From: Lepidodermella squamata
Taxonomy: Eukaryota; Animalia; Gastrotricha
Length of the DNA: 64,000 nucleotides
Reading direction: 5' to 3'
Assembly: GCA_047495785.1 (NCBI GenBank)
Contig: JBLDXI010000003.1
Span: 2,294,001 to 2,358,000, forward strand
In this document: in pieces, positions 13,000-25,438 of the stretch
Numbering within the stretch: the first letter of the stretch is position 1
How the letters are laid out: the number at the start of each line of letters is the position of its first letter
Notes under the pieces: model-generated
Told to the model about the DNA's origin: nothing
The model's input: only the letters and a program-made list of their open reading frames with translations
Databases searched by the model: none
Position numbers and translations under genes: made by a program

Positions 13000-14775
13000 T
13001 TTATACACCAAAACAATAAAGAATGTTTTTTCTAATGTGAAACCTCTTTTTGAATTCGGAAAAATCCAGATTTTTCGCGTCTAGAAAATCAGGAAACAAT
13101 TCTAGAAGTTTTCGGGACAAGGGTGCCGATTCCCATTGACTGTGAAAATTGAAAATTTGTGGAATTTTTACGTTTCACCTAACGTTGAGCTTTTGTCACA
13201 TTTTGAGAAAAAACTTGAAATTAAAAACTTGATCTTGCGCGCAACGAAGTTTTTAACGTCATTACCTCAGGATTTCCTAGCCCAATTTCTATAAAATGTT
13301 TAGCGTTCGAAAGAGTGGAAGAAAACGCTTTTTACATCAGCCCCTAATTGCAATCGCAAACAAGAACGGCGGCGAAGCAAATTTTCAATGTTCTGATCTA
13401 CATTTAAATTTTACCACTTAAAATTACCTTAGAGATTGGTACATGAAAGTTCCAGGATTTCCCGATTATTAGTATTCCCGATTATTAGTATTCCCGATCC
13501 CCTAGGCACTAGGCCCCATGAAAATGTCACTCTCGACAAGTTAGAGAAAGCAACAGCACACTAATGCGATGCCGAGGACCTCTTTTTATAGAGCAAAATG
13601 AGCGCGTTTTACTGACCCATAAATCCGGCTAATTTCTGAATTTCCTGAATGTTAAAAAGGCCGGTCTTCTTCCAGGCAATCGGGCGAGTATAATCCCAAT
13701 TTCTTACAAAGTCTTACAAGATGAGCGCAAGAAAGGTGAAAAGACAATTGGTCCAAATTTAATTGAATAAATTCGGCCATAACTACGTGGTAAAAACTAA
13801 GAAAGAAGCGTCGCCGGTCCTATTTTCAGCGATTGCGGAGTTAATAAAGGTGTGCGAAGACTGGGGGTGAAATTGGGTGCGCACGCACAAATTGCATGGG
13901 TTCGCGTGTTTGTGTCAATTAGAGAGTAAACAGTCGTCAACCGGAAGGTGGAGGAGCGCGCGGGAGCGGGAGCGCAGGAGCTGCGCACACGCCACTTAAC
14001 GCCTGAAGTGTAAACACAAACGTGCGTTTTACAGCCTAACTAATCCGCAAATCACACCTCTTACCCTTGTAATCACCCACTTATACCTTCAAATCAACAC
14101 CAATTCGGAAATTTTTAAACATGTCACCTGGAAATTTAAATTGTCGTTTGAATTTGTTACTGACAATTACAGCGTGTTCCAAAGTAACTCCAACAAGGAA
14201 AATACACGGATATAAGGGATCACAAACTTCAAAATGAGAGGCGAAGCCATATATCATGGGCAGAAAAATCTTGGAAAAAATCGAAATGTCATGAGTACCG
14301 TCAACTGCGCAGAAGGGTCACTATGAAATGCCGAAATGGGGCGACCTCAAAATCGAAAATGCTACAGTATTGCACAAAGACCCCATCATAATTCCCATTT
14401 TGGGGAGGCGGTTTTTTTAATGCAGGCCCCCAAGTTTTAAAGAAATTGAAAATCTTTCCCCATAACGTTACTTGTATAAATTACATAGGTTTCCTGGTGT
14501 GTATTTTTTATTTCTTCGGTAAAATCGTGGACAATAAATGAGGGATTCTCCCGGTAGGTTAATTATCATGCCAAAGGTTGAATATAATATCCTACATGAA
14601 ATTGAAAAATAGTTCGGCATTTTATGGGACACGCAATAAAGGTAACACTATTTCACGCGAAATTGAACCACAGATTTACAACTTTGCCTTTTATAGCCAC
14701 GCACCACTAAAATTGAGGTTTGAGCGCTGTAAGCACACTGGAATCTTCTCCGTTTTCGATTTCGACTGTTTCTTT

Positions 14776-15427
14776 AGGTCTGCGCACATACTCGTATGAA
14801 AAAATGTGTATGTGATTTGTAATAAGTTTTTTGCCGGGGTCGTATGTGTTGGCGAAAAAAATCGCATACAGACCCGTTCACAAACTGATTTCTTTTCTCC
14901 TTGTATGTGATTTTTTCTGGTCGAAGATGCCGCTGAAAAAAATGGCCATCTTCGATGGGGCTCGAACCCCGTCCGCCTGCTAAGCAGGCCAGTATAATAG
15001 CAACTGCACTATGTTGCCATCATATTTATCTGTCGCTATAAATAGGCTAATTATTGGTTGGTAGTATCTATAAAAGCCATGCGAGTTTTCTGGGTCAAGT
15101 GCGGGCATGAGTCATTAACCTTCGACTTGTTTTTCGACGCTTTTATCAATGCATTTTTTGCCTTAAAGCCTAATTTATAGGTCACACATTAAGCTTGACG
15201 GCTTAGCCATGTCGATATAATTATCGATGTGTGCGAAGTCGTCAGAAGTTCGATTCGACGTGCCGCCATCCCTTTTTTAGACGATCTATTCGGCCAGAAA
15301 AAAAAATCACATTCAAGAAGAAAAGAAATCAGTTTGTGAACGGGTCTGTATGCTTTTTGCTGTATGTGTATGTGTTTACTCGCATACGCATGAGAAAAAA
15401 AAAAGAAACGAGTTTGTGGGAAGACCT
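14776..15427. mobile_element. PIF/Harbinger-type MITE with internal tRNA-like modules
   Basis: Termini AGGTCT...AGACCT with 3-bp TSD TTT/TTT. Imperfect ~100-bp TIRs shared with the element at 17344-18124 and a solo end at 62294-62397. Confidence 0.7.
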
Positions 15428-15777
15428 TTTAGTATAGGCGCAATGAATTATAACGAAAAATATATAATGCAAGCAACGCATAGTAAAGTTGAGCTTATTT
15501 CTCAATTTTTCAAAATTTTCAATAAACTGAAATTAAAATACAAAAAATTCAGGAAAATTATTGTAAAATTCGTGAAATTCGTAGCGCGAAATACGCGTAA
15601 TATGAAGGTCTATCAAATAATAGGCAGGATAACAACAAATCTGATTTTCTAGTGAAGACTAGAAACCAAATTAAGGGGAAATCTAGTGCTGGAGTCTCAA
15701 ATTTAGTGTTGGAACCCTAAATGTCTAGAAATCGGTAAAAAATTGCAAGTTTTTAAATGTTTTCATTTCATCGGGAT

Positions 15778-16160
15778 TTAATGAAATTTCATCGGGATAA
15801 GCAAGTCATGAGAGCAAGGTCCAGATAGCTTCGAAATCGGATCAATATCAAATTCTTCATCGATAACAGCATTCACTGATAGAATTCGTCGTTCTTCGAG
15901 TTTCATTTTCACATTTTCCAACATAGTTTCGCGAGCTTTGGTAACTGAATTTTGAACCGACTTCAATAATAATTCAAAATGAGAATCAATTTCAGCGGTT
16001 ATTTTCGACATAAATTCCTACATTTTTTGGTCACTTTCATTTCAGCTAGCTTCTTGTCGAAGGAATTCGACAAAGCCCTAGAACGTTCTGAAAACTGCAG
16101 AAAAATTGCAAAATAATTCGTAAAATTTTGAAAATATCATAACAGACGTTGATTGATAGA
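15778..16160 (-). pseudogene. Fragment of a TRIM-ANK paralog (coiled-coil exon plus end of B-box exon), copy B
   Basis: MSKITAEIDSHFELLLKSVQNS...IDPISKLSG closely matches copy C (34339-34665). Frameshifted near 16030; no ankyrin exon follows. Confidence 0.75.
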
Positions 16161-17343
16161 TAACAATATCCCTGAAAACATATTGTTAAAAATCTTCTAC
16201 GTTTAAAACTGAGTAAGACTTATTTAGGTTAAAAAGAGCGATTTAGCCTTGTCGTATTTCATGCGAAAAATGTCTATTTTTGTTTGATTAAATAATTAGA
16301 TCTGAATCGGAATGACCTTTTGAAAGGTTCCACTTCATCGCCCCAATATTAAAGCCTAAAATTACCTCAAATCATTATGCAGTCGATATTTGAACACATC
16401 TCGGTGATAGCTATGCACAAAACACACCGATACCTGTTTTCAGCTCGAAAAAATGTTATTCATAGCCCAAGTTATGTCCGGAATATTAGGAGGAATAAAA
16501 TGATTCCTGCTCACCGTCGGATAGGAGAATATGGGGCGCGCGGATCGGGGGTCGGCTTCCGCCTAACAACAGTCCCCAGTACCCGGGACCTGCCCACACC
16601 CTGTATCACCTTGTGTGGCAACACGTCGTACACGATGTCGTTCGTGTTGCGACGTAAGAGACCGCGTTAGGCAGTACTTCCATTCTGTTTGTAATAAAAT
16701 ACTTGGTACTGGTAATATAAGCTACTTTTTATTTGCGGGTAATAGCATCATTATTGCGGCGCATCCGATACCGAACGGTTGCAACGCTACCAGAATGCAG
16801 AATGCGTACTACGCACAAACGCTTCAGACAATTTCTCCGTTATCATGGCTAAATTCTTAAGATCAACCAAATTTATCCTCCTCTTCTTGATTTCACCTTC
16901 GTTCCCTTCGAGCGTAGTCTAGGATAATTCTATCAATTTTATAATTATAATATATAATATAATTTTTATTATTCAATTCTATCAATATCCATAACTCATA
17001 GGGTAAAGTCTCTGTCTCTCTCTCGCACTCTCTCTGTATAGTGACGTTGAACCATGACTATCCACCACTTACTGTTCAAACATGACCAGAGTCTGCGTTC
17101 GAATGGGCTTACTTTTTAGTTTCCCATTCCCGGAGCCTAATTTTATGCGACCCATGCAGTTATCATCACGAAAAATGCATATTACGGAAGTATGGACTAT
17201 GAGCCAATTTTTCTACTATCATGAAAATGCCAAGAGAGCACTTATTACGCGATTAGTTATAAACTATTTTGTGGTTATCCTTCTCCATTATCTCGCAGCT
17301 CACAGGCATTTCGATATATTTTTAAATTTTATTGCATGAATAA

Positions 17344-18124
17344 AGGTCTCCGCACAAACTCGGTATCTTTTTTTTTGCTTACGCATACGGCCAATTACTT
17401 ACGCATACGACGAAAAACATACGACCACATACGGACCCTATTCACAAACTCTGCATGCGTATGCGTTATGTTTTTGCTGAACGGCGTTGTCACCTAAAAA
17501 AGGCTTGCTTTGACCGGGGATCGAACCCGGGTGACTTGTTTGTGAGATCGGCATAACACCGATTACACTAACAAGACGCATGATTTTGAGTTGTAGTAAT
17601 CAGTACTTGACGGATCACGCATCGTGATACAATTATTAATTAATATAATTGGTAATTATTTATAGAGCACTTAAAATTTCTTATTTATTTATCCCAAATG
17701 ACCCCAAAAGGTACAGGGAATTAAAAAAAATTCTTCTGAATTTTTATGATTTTTCCTGAATTTCCATCGAGTTTTTGATAATTATTCAATTAGTCATAAT
17801 AATTAATATTTTCAACTTCAATGTTCGCAGAGTTGTGATGGTGGCACGATTAAAACCGGAGAAATTATCTCACTGTTTGCGTAAGTCGTTGTGGCGAGGT
17901 TGGTTATTGACTGGCCTCGACGATGGGAGGCTCGGGTTCGAACCCCGCTCACCACACGACTTTTTTAAGCGATCAGGCCTCGTTGCAAAAATACATAACG
18001 CTTACGCATTCAGAGTTTGTGAATCGGTCGTATGTGATATGTTTTTCTTAAAACATGCGAGCGAGACAAACAACTTAACGCAAAACTTGTCTACTTATTT
18101 CATGCAGAGTTTGTGCGGAGACCT
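17344..18124. mobile_element. PIF/Harbinger-type MITE with two outward-facing tRNA-like modules
   Basis: TIR AGGTCTCCGCACAAACTC...GAGTTTGTGCGGAGACCT with 3-bp TSD TAA/TAA. tRNA-like units at ~17500-17578 (-) and ~17885-17966 (+). Confidence 0.8.
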
Positions 18125-18751
18125 TAAGCGATCACGTATTTTTCTAATCGCATTTCATATTTTATCAAATATGAGCAGTTGAGCTGTTGCGACAAACTGA
18201 ACTACAACCTTGCGCGAAGCTCGCGGAATCGCTGAAGCAGATTCGCAGCTCGCAGCCACATGAGGTCAATAGTAGAATCACCCAAAGTTTACGAAGTTCA
18301 TTCGAGAATTGCTAGTATGACTTGTATCTCTGTATCCTAAGAAAGATAGCGGATTGCCTTGGTAATGTGATCTGGTTAGCGATTTAGCGATGATTGATGA
18401 TTAGCAATTAGCAACGAAACCGCTGTATTCGAGAAATGTTCGACATGCAACTCGCTTGGCATGATACGACAAAACGTGACCCACCATTTGAGTTTGGGAT
18501 TCACGATTTTTGCGCGGACTTCTTAATGAAATAGTACGTCACATTTAGTCTGATGGTGTTGAACCGACGGCCAAAGAGCAAAATGCCACGGGCTAACAGT
18601 AGTTATCAAAGAAAGCAATCATGCGCAGAAGTATAATTTACAATGCACATCCACTTGATCATTTTAGCTGGAATCTTAACTATAATAAGGTCAATCAGGA
18701 ATGCTTACGGCACTTCAATCTAATGGCGAGAATGCAGAATAACTTTCAGGG

Positions 18752-19244
18752 CAGTGTGGTCCAAAGTGTGACTCCCAAGCCATTTTGACTCTTTTGGGAT
18801 TTTTTTTTACTCATGTGTGACTCCGATTATTTTAATTACTGAGCCGAGCTTGACTCCGGAAAGAGTCACAAATAACCTAGCTAAACTTGACTCCGGCTCT
18901 GAGTTTGACTCCAAAATGAGATGCTTTGACTCCACACTCATCAAAAAAGTCCAAAAAGTCGAAGAAATATCCTCAGCTGAAGCTCGCTTCGCTCGCAGGG
19001 AGCTATTTTTCTACAAGTTACAAAGGCGCAAAAATGACGAATTTTGTTAAAAACCAGTCGAACCCCCTGAAAAGTTGCAGCGACAGGTGAATATAGAGAG
19101 AGAAATTTTCGAGCTAGAACGGGAATTGGAGTGATATTTAGACGTAACATTTACTGGTTTATCGGCGTTTTAATGGTTTCAACTCTTTGGCCCAATTTTG
19201 ACTCCGGTTGGTGACTCGCCATTTTCCGGCCGTGGACCACACTG
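18752..19244. mobile_element. hAT-type MITE
   Basis: TIR CAGTGTGGTCCA...TGGACCACACTG. 8-bp TSD TTTCAGGG/TTTCAGAG (1 mismatch). Many subterminal TTGACTCC repeats. Confidence 0.75.
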
Positions 19245-19536
19245 TTTCAGAGTTTCAGAGTAATTGAAGGCAAATAAGTGGCGCGTACTTTATGATGAGA
19301 ACGGTTTACGGGTAGATTTCTGGAGCAATGGAGCGGTTTGTTCTGCTTGTCAAGGCTAGATCCTAAATCAAAGCGCAGCTTTTTGGAGACAAATCTGATC
19401 TGCTCTCCGTATTGAAATTTAACACTTAATTGGTATCCAATAGATATAGACATTTTAAATGGAAGAAAAAAGCTAAACCATAGCAGTCAAAGCAGAATGA
19501 ACCGCCATCACTGCGCCGTAGTCGTACCGTAGTCGT

Positions 19537-19701
19537 TAGCGTCGTTGAATACAACTCGGATTAGGGCTTGTTCACGTCAGTTACAGACAGTTGACGGGTG
19601 ACAAGTTTGCTTCCGTCTTCGTTCACATAAAAACTCTGCTATCACCTTTTACTTGTCACTGACGTAAACATGCACAAATCAGAGTTATTCAACGACGCTA
19701 A
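19537..19701. mobile_element. Short palindromic MITE (second copy at ~29552-29722)
   Basis: TIR TTAGCGTCGTTGAATA...TTATTCAACGACGCTAA. Internal GTGACAAGT/ACTTGTCAC inverted pair shared by both copies. Confidence 0.65.
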
Positions 19702-20837
19702 GCCATTTCTGGGGCTTATCAATTTAGTTATCGTTACTTAGTTAATTAGTTAACCAATGGAGTTTCGCCGTCAACGAAAATTGTTAGTTCATTTCGGTTT
19801 TAAGTGATACATTTTCAGAAAACTTTGAAGACCTCTTGTTTCCTAATTCAAAGATTTATCCGCCAAATCTTCCTGGGGCGAGATCTACTTTCAATAATAT
19901 TACATGTGCATGAATATCATTCTATACTTTTTCGTAGAAATCAGAGGAACTTTTAATTTAGAATGGCTCGTTTCTAAATACGTAATAATAATTCATTAAA
20001 ATCTTATTGCAATATCTCTCGCAATTTTATATTCTGCATTGTTGATTAGGATTATTATACTTCAACTTTTACTCGAATTCGGCACTTGAGTTATAGCTTA
20101 TTGGATAAAGATTGGATATTGGATATGGATTTGGAATCGGAAATGGAAAATTACGGCGTAAGGTCGCTACTATACTATTGCAGAGTGCTGGTTCTTTCGA
20201 TATATTCAACCTGTTATCGCCATTTCTGTTAAACAAAGTGTGATGAATTGTTCTCTTAGTTTCATTTCCTTTGTTCATTTTCAATTATTTCGCTGCATTG
20301 AAAATAAAGATTTACGGCACCGAAACACGGATAATAATAGTTTTTCATTGGTCACGGCAGCTCGTTTTTGCTACCTGTTAAATCTGCAATCGAAGAATTC
20401 CAGAGAAGAAAGCGTGAAAAAATTGAAGAATTATAGGAATGATAGGCGAAAAAGCTGAATTTCTCTTTTCTCTCCAAGAGTCCAAGAACGCACGATAGCA
20501 ATCGCAGCTAATGGCAATTTTATAGCCCTTGAACCAAACATAGTAATTTGGGATGCAACCGCTCCCCAGTTGTAAACAACCGCAATGTAGCGGTATAATG
20601 ATATATAGAATTATGCACTAGTACAGGCGGTCCCTTACGTCGCAACACGAACGATGTAAATAGGTGCATCACACATTTGTTAGACAACCAGCTGACATGT
20701 TCACACCGAAGAGAATGCATAAAGATCTGCTGTCGTTACTGTTACAGCACACGTCAAGAGTAGCCTGTAATGCAGTCAACTCTTCTGTAAATCTCGTCAC
20801 GGCAAATTTTAGTTTTACAATAACTATCCACCTTCAA

Positions 20838-21461
20838 ATGTTCAGGTTAGCTGTGTTCCTCTTGCTCGCTTCAACTACTCAGGGTTTCCAGGAGGATACA
20901 AGTTTTTCTCAAGCGGTGGTAACAGCGACCATCTTCTCATCATCTTCTCCGAGAATACGGACAACCAACCGTCCATCAGCTACAACAGATAGAAAACCTC
21001 ATTTCACCTTTTGCAACAACAAGGATTTGTTCGGTTATTCTTTGTCGGCGCATCCTGAAGCAACATATGCCTGCTGCAACTATAAAGATGGAACTAGAAA
21101 TACAACAGGTGTTTATATCAAGGCAACTGGAGTATGTTGTCCAAATTCTTTGAGCGACAGTGCTGACAAATGTTGCGGTGGCTCATACTACAATTCCAGC
21201 TACCAGACCTGTTGCAACAACAAGGATTTGTTCGGTTATTCTTTGTCGGCGCATCCTGAAGCAACATATGCCTGCTGCAACTATAAAGATGGAACTAGAA
21301 ATACAACAGGTGTTTATATCAAGGCAACTGGAGTATGTTGTCCAAATTCTTTGAGCGACAGTGCTGACAAATGTTGCGGTGGCTCATACTACAATTCCAG
21401 CTACCAGACCTGTTGCAACAACAAGGTTGTGTTCGGTTATCCTTGTCCGCAGTATCCCTAA
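20838..21461 (+). CDS. Intronless secreted Cys-rich protein with di-cysteine repeats (galaxin-like)
   Basis: Signal peptide MFRLAVFLLLASTTQG, Ser/Thr-rich linker, then repeated CC motifs (CCGGSYYNSSYQTCC). Exact 201-bp (67-aa) tandem duplication. Confidence 0.7.
   Translation: MFRLAVFLLLASTTQGFQEDTSFSQAVVTATIFSSSSPRIRTTNRPSATTDRKPHFTFCNNKDLFGYSLSAHPEATYACCNYKDGTRNTTGVYIKATGVCCPNSLSDSADKCCGGSYYNSSYQTCCNNKDLFGYSLSAHPEATYACCNYKDGTRNTTGVYIKATGVCCPNSLSDSADKCCGGSYYNSSYQTCCNNKVVFGYPCPQYP
21011..21425 (+). repeat. Exact 201-bp tandem duplication inside the galaxin-like CDS
   Basis: TTGCAACAACAAGG recurs at 21011, 21212 and 21413. The two full units are identical by eye. Confidence 0.9.
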
Positions 21462-23398
21462 GCAACATTATGAAAGCTGATTAGGTTATTATTCGATATA
21501 AATACTTGATCGATATTTAATTGTTAAATATTAATATATTATTCTCAAAACCGCATCGACGCTTATTATCGATAGCCTGTCATTAATCATTATTGTTTAC
21601 TAAACAATTGTCACTATAAATAGCAGTGAATTTGAAATTAAACTGAACTCGTATCGTCATAAAACTGGGACTTATACTCTGCTTACCAACATTGGTTATT
21701 GGCCCAGAACGTTGCAACTAAGCACCATATTACCATAAGTAAACTCTTTGTTTTCTTATAATTTTGCTATAATTGCCTCGGCGATGGTTGCAAGTAACAT
21801 TACAATAAAATAAAATAAATAAATAAATAAATAAAATTTACCGCTGCATTTTTCGCTCTATTTTGTCTTATTTTCGCTACCTGCATTTTTGTGGTCATAT
21901 TCATGCGATGACTGACAACCACCACCACCTTAAAAGTGATCCTATCACTCTAACTGGCGCTGATAACTGGACAGCATGGTTCAAGCAAGTTCGCATCAAT
22001 CTCGTGTCGGCTGATCTCTGGGGTGTTGTTGCTGGAACCGACCCCGAACCCGACTGGGACCGCGTGGCTGCGCCGACGGTAGAACCGACCGCGCACGTCG
22101 CTTGGTCGAAGAAGCACCTCCGCGCAACGGGCAACGGGTCACATGATTTGCAGTATTTCCGCGTCGATTCTAGGGCTGTTTCCTGACTCGGACAAGACAA
22201 TCATGACCGCACTCAAAGCTCGGTTTGAGAATCCATCGACTGGTAACGTGATGTTTTTAACTCAACAGCTTTTCACTACTACGCTGCGTGAGGGTGAATC
22301 GCTGACAAATCACCTCCATCGTCTGAGGCGAATTCGTGATCAATTGACCGCGTTGAGCTCGAACCTGCCGGCTTCTCAATATATTGTCATTATTTTGAAT
22401 AGTCTTCCGGCCAGTTATAACCAGGTGGTAACGGCGCTGCGAATTACGAAATCTCTCGATTTAACCGATGTCGAAGCTGCTTTGGCAACCGAGGATCTAC
22501 GACGTCTTACGCTGAAATCGAACAAATCGAATGGAGCGAGCGGTACGAGTTCAGACGTGGCTTTGAAAACAGGCCACGGTAAGTTCCGTAACAATAAGAA
22601 GGCCACCATGGCATGTAGGAACTGTGGTCGGCTGGGGCATTTCGAGCGCGAATGCCGGTCTCCGAAGGAACCGCAAGCGAATTCTGGCGGCAATGGTCGT
22701 CAAAACGGCGGTTACAACGGCTACAATCGCAACAATGGCAACTACAACAACGGAGGTAATCCAGGCAAGTCGTTGGGTGGCTACTACGGTAAGCTGCGCG
22801 CCAAGATGGTGACGGACGACTACGAGGAGCACGGCTGATGGTGCACTACGACGACGAGTACGAGTCGAGCGAGCGATGGGTGCTCGACTCCGGCGCTTCG
22901 CAGCACATGACGAACAAAATCTCGATGTTCTGGTCCTACGAGGAGTTACCTGAGGGCAGCGAACCGGTCCGTGCGGCTGATGGAAAGCCGGTAGCATGTC
23001 TTGGCATTGGTACATTGGCGCGGCTGATGCTGACGTGATCCGGCCAACGAAATTCGCGGCCATCGCGGCCGAACCGATTTCTCTGTGGCACCGTCGTTTG
23101 GCGCATTGCAACGAGCAGAAATTGCGAACTATGGCGAAGCAAGTTGATGGTTTCAAGATCGACCCGAAATCGCAACTTGGTTTCTGCGAACCCTGTGTTG
23201 CTGGCAAACAGTCACGTGAACCTCATTTTTCTGTGAAGATTCGTAGCAAGCGCGTGCTGGAGCGCTGTTTCATCGATCTGTGCGGGAAATTCAGCGTCGA
23301 GTCGTTCACGCGCAAGTTGTACTTCGTTTTAATTATGGATGATTACAGCCGCTGGACTCACATTCAATTTCTGGCCAAGAAATCCGACGCTATGGCAT

Positions 23399-23896
23399 TA
23401 TAGGGCGACTTTGCAGTCATGTGATCAGGGTCAAAGTCCACCGATTTTTTTTGGTCTCGGTCGCGCGGTCGCGCAGTCGTTGTGGTGGGGCGGTCGTGTT
23501 AAAATTACTCGCTAAAAAAACAAGAGTGAAAAAATGATGCACCGCCAGTAGCCGAACTAAGGATGTTGGAAAAACAAGCCATGGTTTCTATCCACTACGC
23601 CACTAATTCATAGCAATTAGGAGTTTCTATCAGTGGATCGATTGAAGAAAATATGGGCATCAATATTTTCCCGGCCGACTGCTTCATGTTGGTGGCGTAA
23701 TGGATAGAAAACATGGCTTGTTTTTCCAACATCCTTAGTTCGGCTCCTGGTGGTGCATCATTTTTTCACTCCTGTTTATTTAGCGAGTAATTTTAACACG
23801 ACCGCCCCACCACAACGACTGCGCGACCGCGCGACCAAGACCAAACAAAATCGGTGGACTTTGACCCTGATCACATGACTGCAAAGTCGCCCTATA
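23399..23896. mobile_element. Foldback MITE (~500 bp, near-fully palindromic) inserted in the copia integrase
   Basis: TATAGGGCGACTTTGCAGTCATGTGATCAGGG...CCCTGATCACATGACTGCAAAGTCGCCCTATA. Arms of ~210 bp. Integrase resumes afterwards (KSDA|IDAFK). Exact ends and TSD are ambiguous. Confidence 0.85.
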
Positions 23897-24060
23897 ATAT
23901 TGATGCTTTTAAACTTTTTCATACTCAGATAACTGCTCGTTTGAACACTAATTTGGTTTATCTGAAGTCGGACAATGGCCACGAATTCAATGGGACTTCT
24001 CAATGGATCTTCTCAATGGGACGAATACTGTCGGCTGCATTCAATCTCTCGCGAGTTTAG

Positions 24061-24840
24061 CCCTTTCATGGCCGAATTATTTATCTCCGGTAGAAAAAAT
24101 ATTTGACAGGAGTTCTAGGGGTTTTCGAAGGCCCTGATCACGATTTTGAAGCCCGCTTGCCTCTATCCATCACCGTTAAGGCTGTGCAAAAAGTGGTCGA
24201 AATCGCCCTATCGGCCCAGCTGATTTCAGCACATTTTTCAAACACCCTAGTTTCAGCAATAGCTGCTGTCAACATTGCATTTTCGTGTTCTAAGCCTCTC
24301 CCTTAACGGTCCCTGAAATTCTCCCTTCATTATTCTGAGAAAAGAAATCAGTTAAACCCAGTTTTCAAAAATCAGCATTTCGATCAGTATTCAGCCAAGT
24401 CAGATTTTTCACACGCGGCCGTTTTGAAGCACAAAAAACCCGCATCTCGCCTGTATATCGTCTGGGCCGATAGGACGATTTCGACCACTTAACTAAAATC
24501 AAGGCAGCGCTGTTAGTTTTTGTCGAAATCAGATAAAAATTTGCACACAGGTCAATAAGACTATGCCGGACACTGTAGTATTTTTTGTATGACCGGATAA
24601 TCAGATGGGGTTACTTTAATTTCAATTTGAAAAAAATCGAAATTTCATACCTCAGTTATCAATTTTAAAATGGTCATATTTTCAAAATGGTGTAAGATAG
24701 CGGTCTGATTGTTTCAAATTCTTGTAGCCAACATCGAAAAGTAGTATTGCTATAAAGGGCGATCAAAAATAAATCAAAATGAAATGTTGGTGCACTGTCA
24801 AAGTCAAAATTCCGAAATCGTCCTTATGGCCATGAAAGGG
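24061..24840. mobile_element. piggyBac-like non-autonomous element inserted in the copia integrase
   Basis: TIR CCCTTTCATGGCC...GGCCATGAAAGGG with a 4-bp duplication TTAG on both sides. Removal restores integrase REFS-VPYVPQQN. Confidence 0.85.
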
Positions 24841-25438
24841 TTAGCGTGCCTTATGTGCCGCAACAAAACGCGATGGAGCGACAAATGCGCACTATTGTCA
24901 AGGGCGGACGGACCGCTCTGAACGAGACTGGCCTGACAAAGCGGTTATGGCCTTGCTGTTTCGAGTACGTTAATTACTGCCGCAATCGACTTCCGACTCG
25001 GGCGCTTAATGGCAAGACGCCGTTCGAAATGATGTTTGGGAGCATGCCGGATATCTCACGACTACGTCCATGGGGATGCCGCGCGTTCGCTTTCACCGAA
25101 TAATTTCGCGATAAATTGGACTCGAAAACTGAAGAATTCATCTTCGTTGGAATTCCTGAGAATTACGATGGGTATCGTTTGTTTTCGCCAGCTAATAATA
25201 CGTTTGTTAATAGAAAGTACGTTAAATTTGACGAATCACCTGTTATTCGTCAGCCTGACTTTTATCCTGGCCCACTTACTGTGGATGATGAAAACAAGAC
25301 GGCTACTCATCCAGAAGCGCCTCTTAGCGCAGCGCCGGCCGCCCCTGTTAAAAAGGCGCCGCCTGCGACACCGCTGAAAAGCACATCTTCGTCTAGTACT
25401 GCGTCTGGCGCACTTACGGCGCCGCGTAAGACTACATA

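Noticed and set aside
14940-15020. tRNA-like unit with a hairpin centred on TTA (possible ochre suppressor tRNA)
   Set aside because: The loop lacks the conserved pyrimidine-U before the anticodon, the acceptor stem pairs poorly, and it lies inside a MITE. Treated as tRNA-derived, not a tRNA gene.
16525-16670. GC-rich structured segment as a possible ribozyme or ncRNA
   Set aside because: No hammerhead or HDV core could be laid out. Its right part matches the reverse complement of the TIR-like sequence at ~20623, so it is probably transposon debris.
17500-17966. Two functional tRNA genes
   Set aside because: A/B boxes and T-arms are present, but D and anticodon arms do not form a proper cloverleaf.
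20664-20837. N-terminal extension of the galaxin-like ORF
   Set aside because: It starts at GTG next to a mariner-like TIR. The signal peptide begins at the ATG at 20838.
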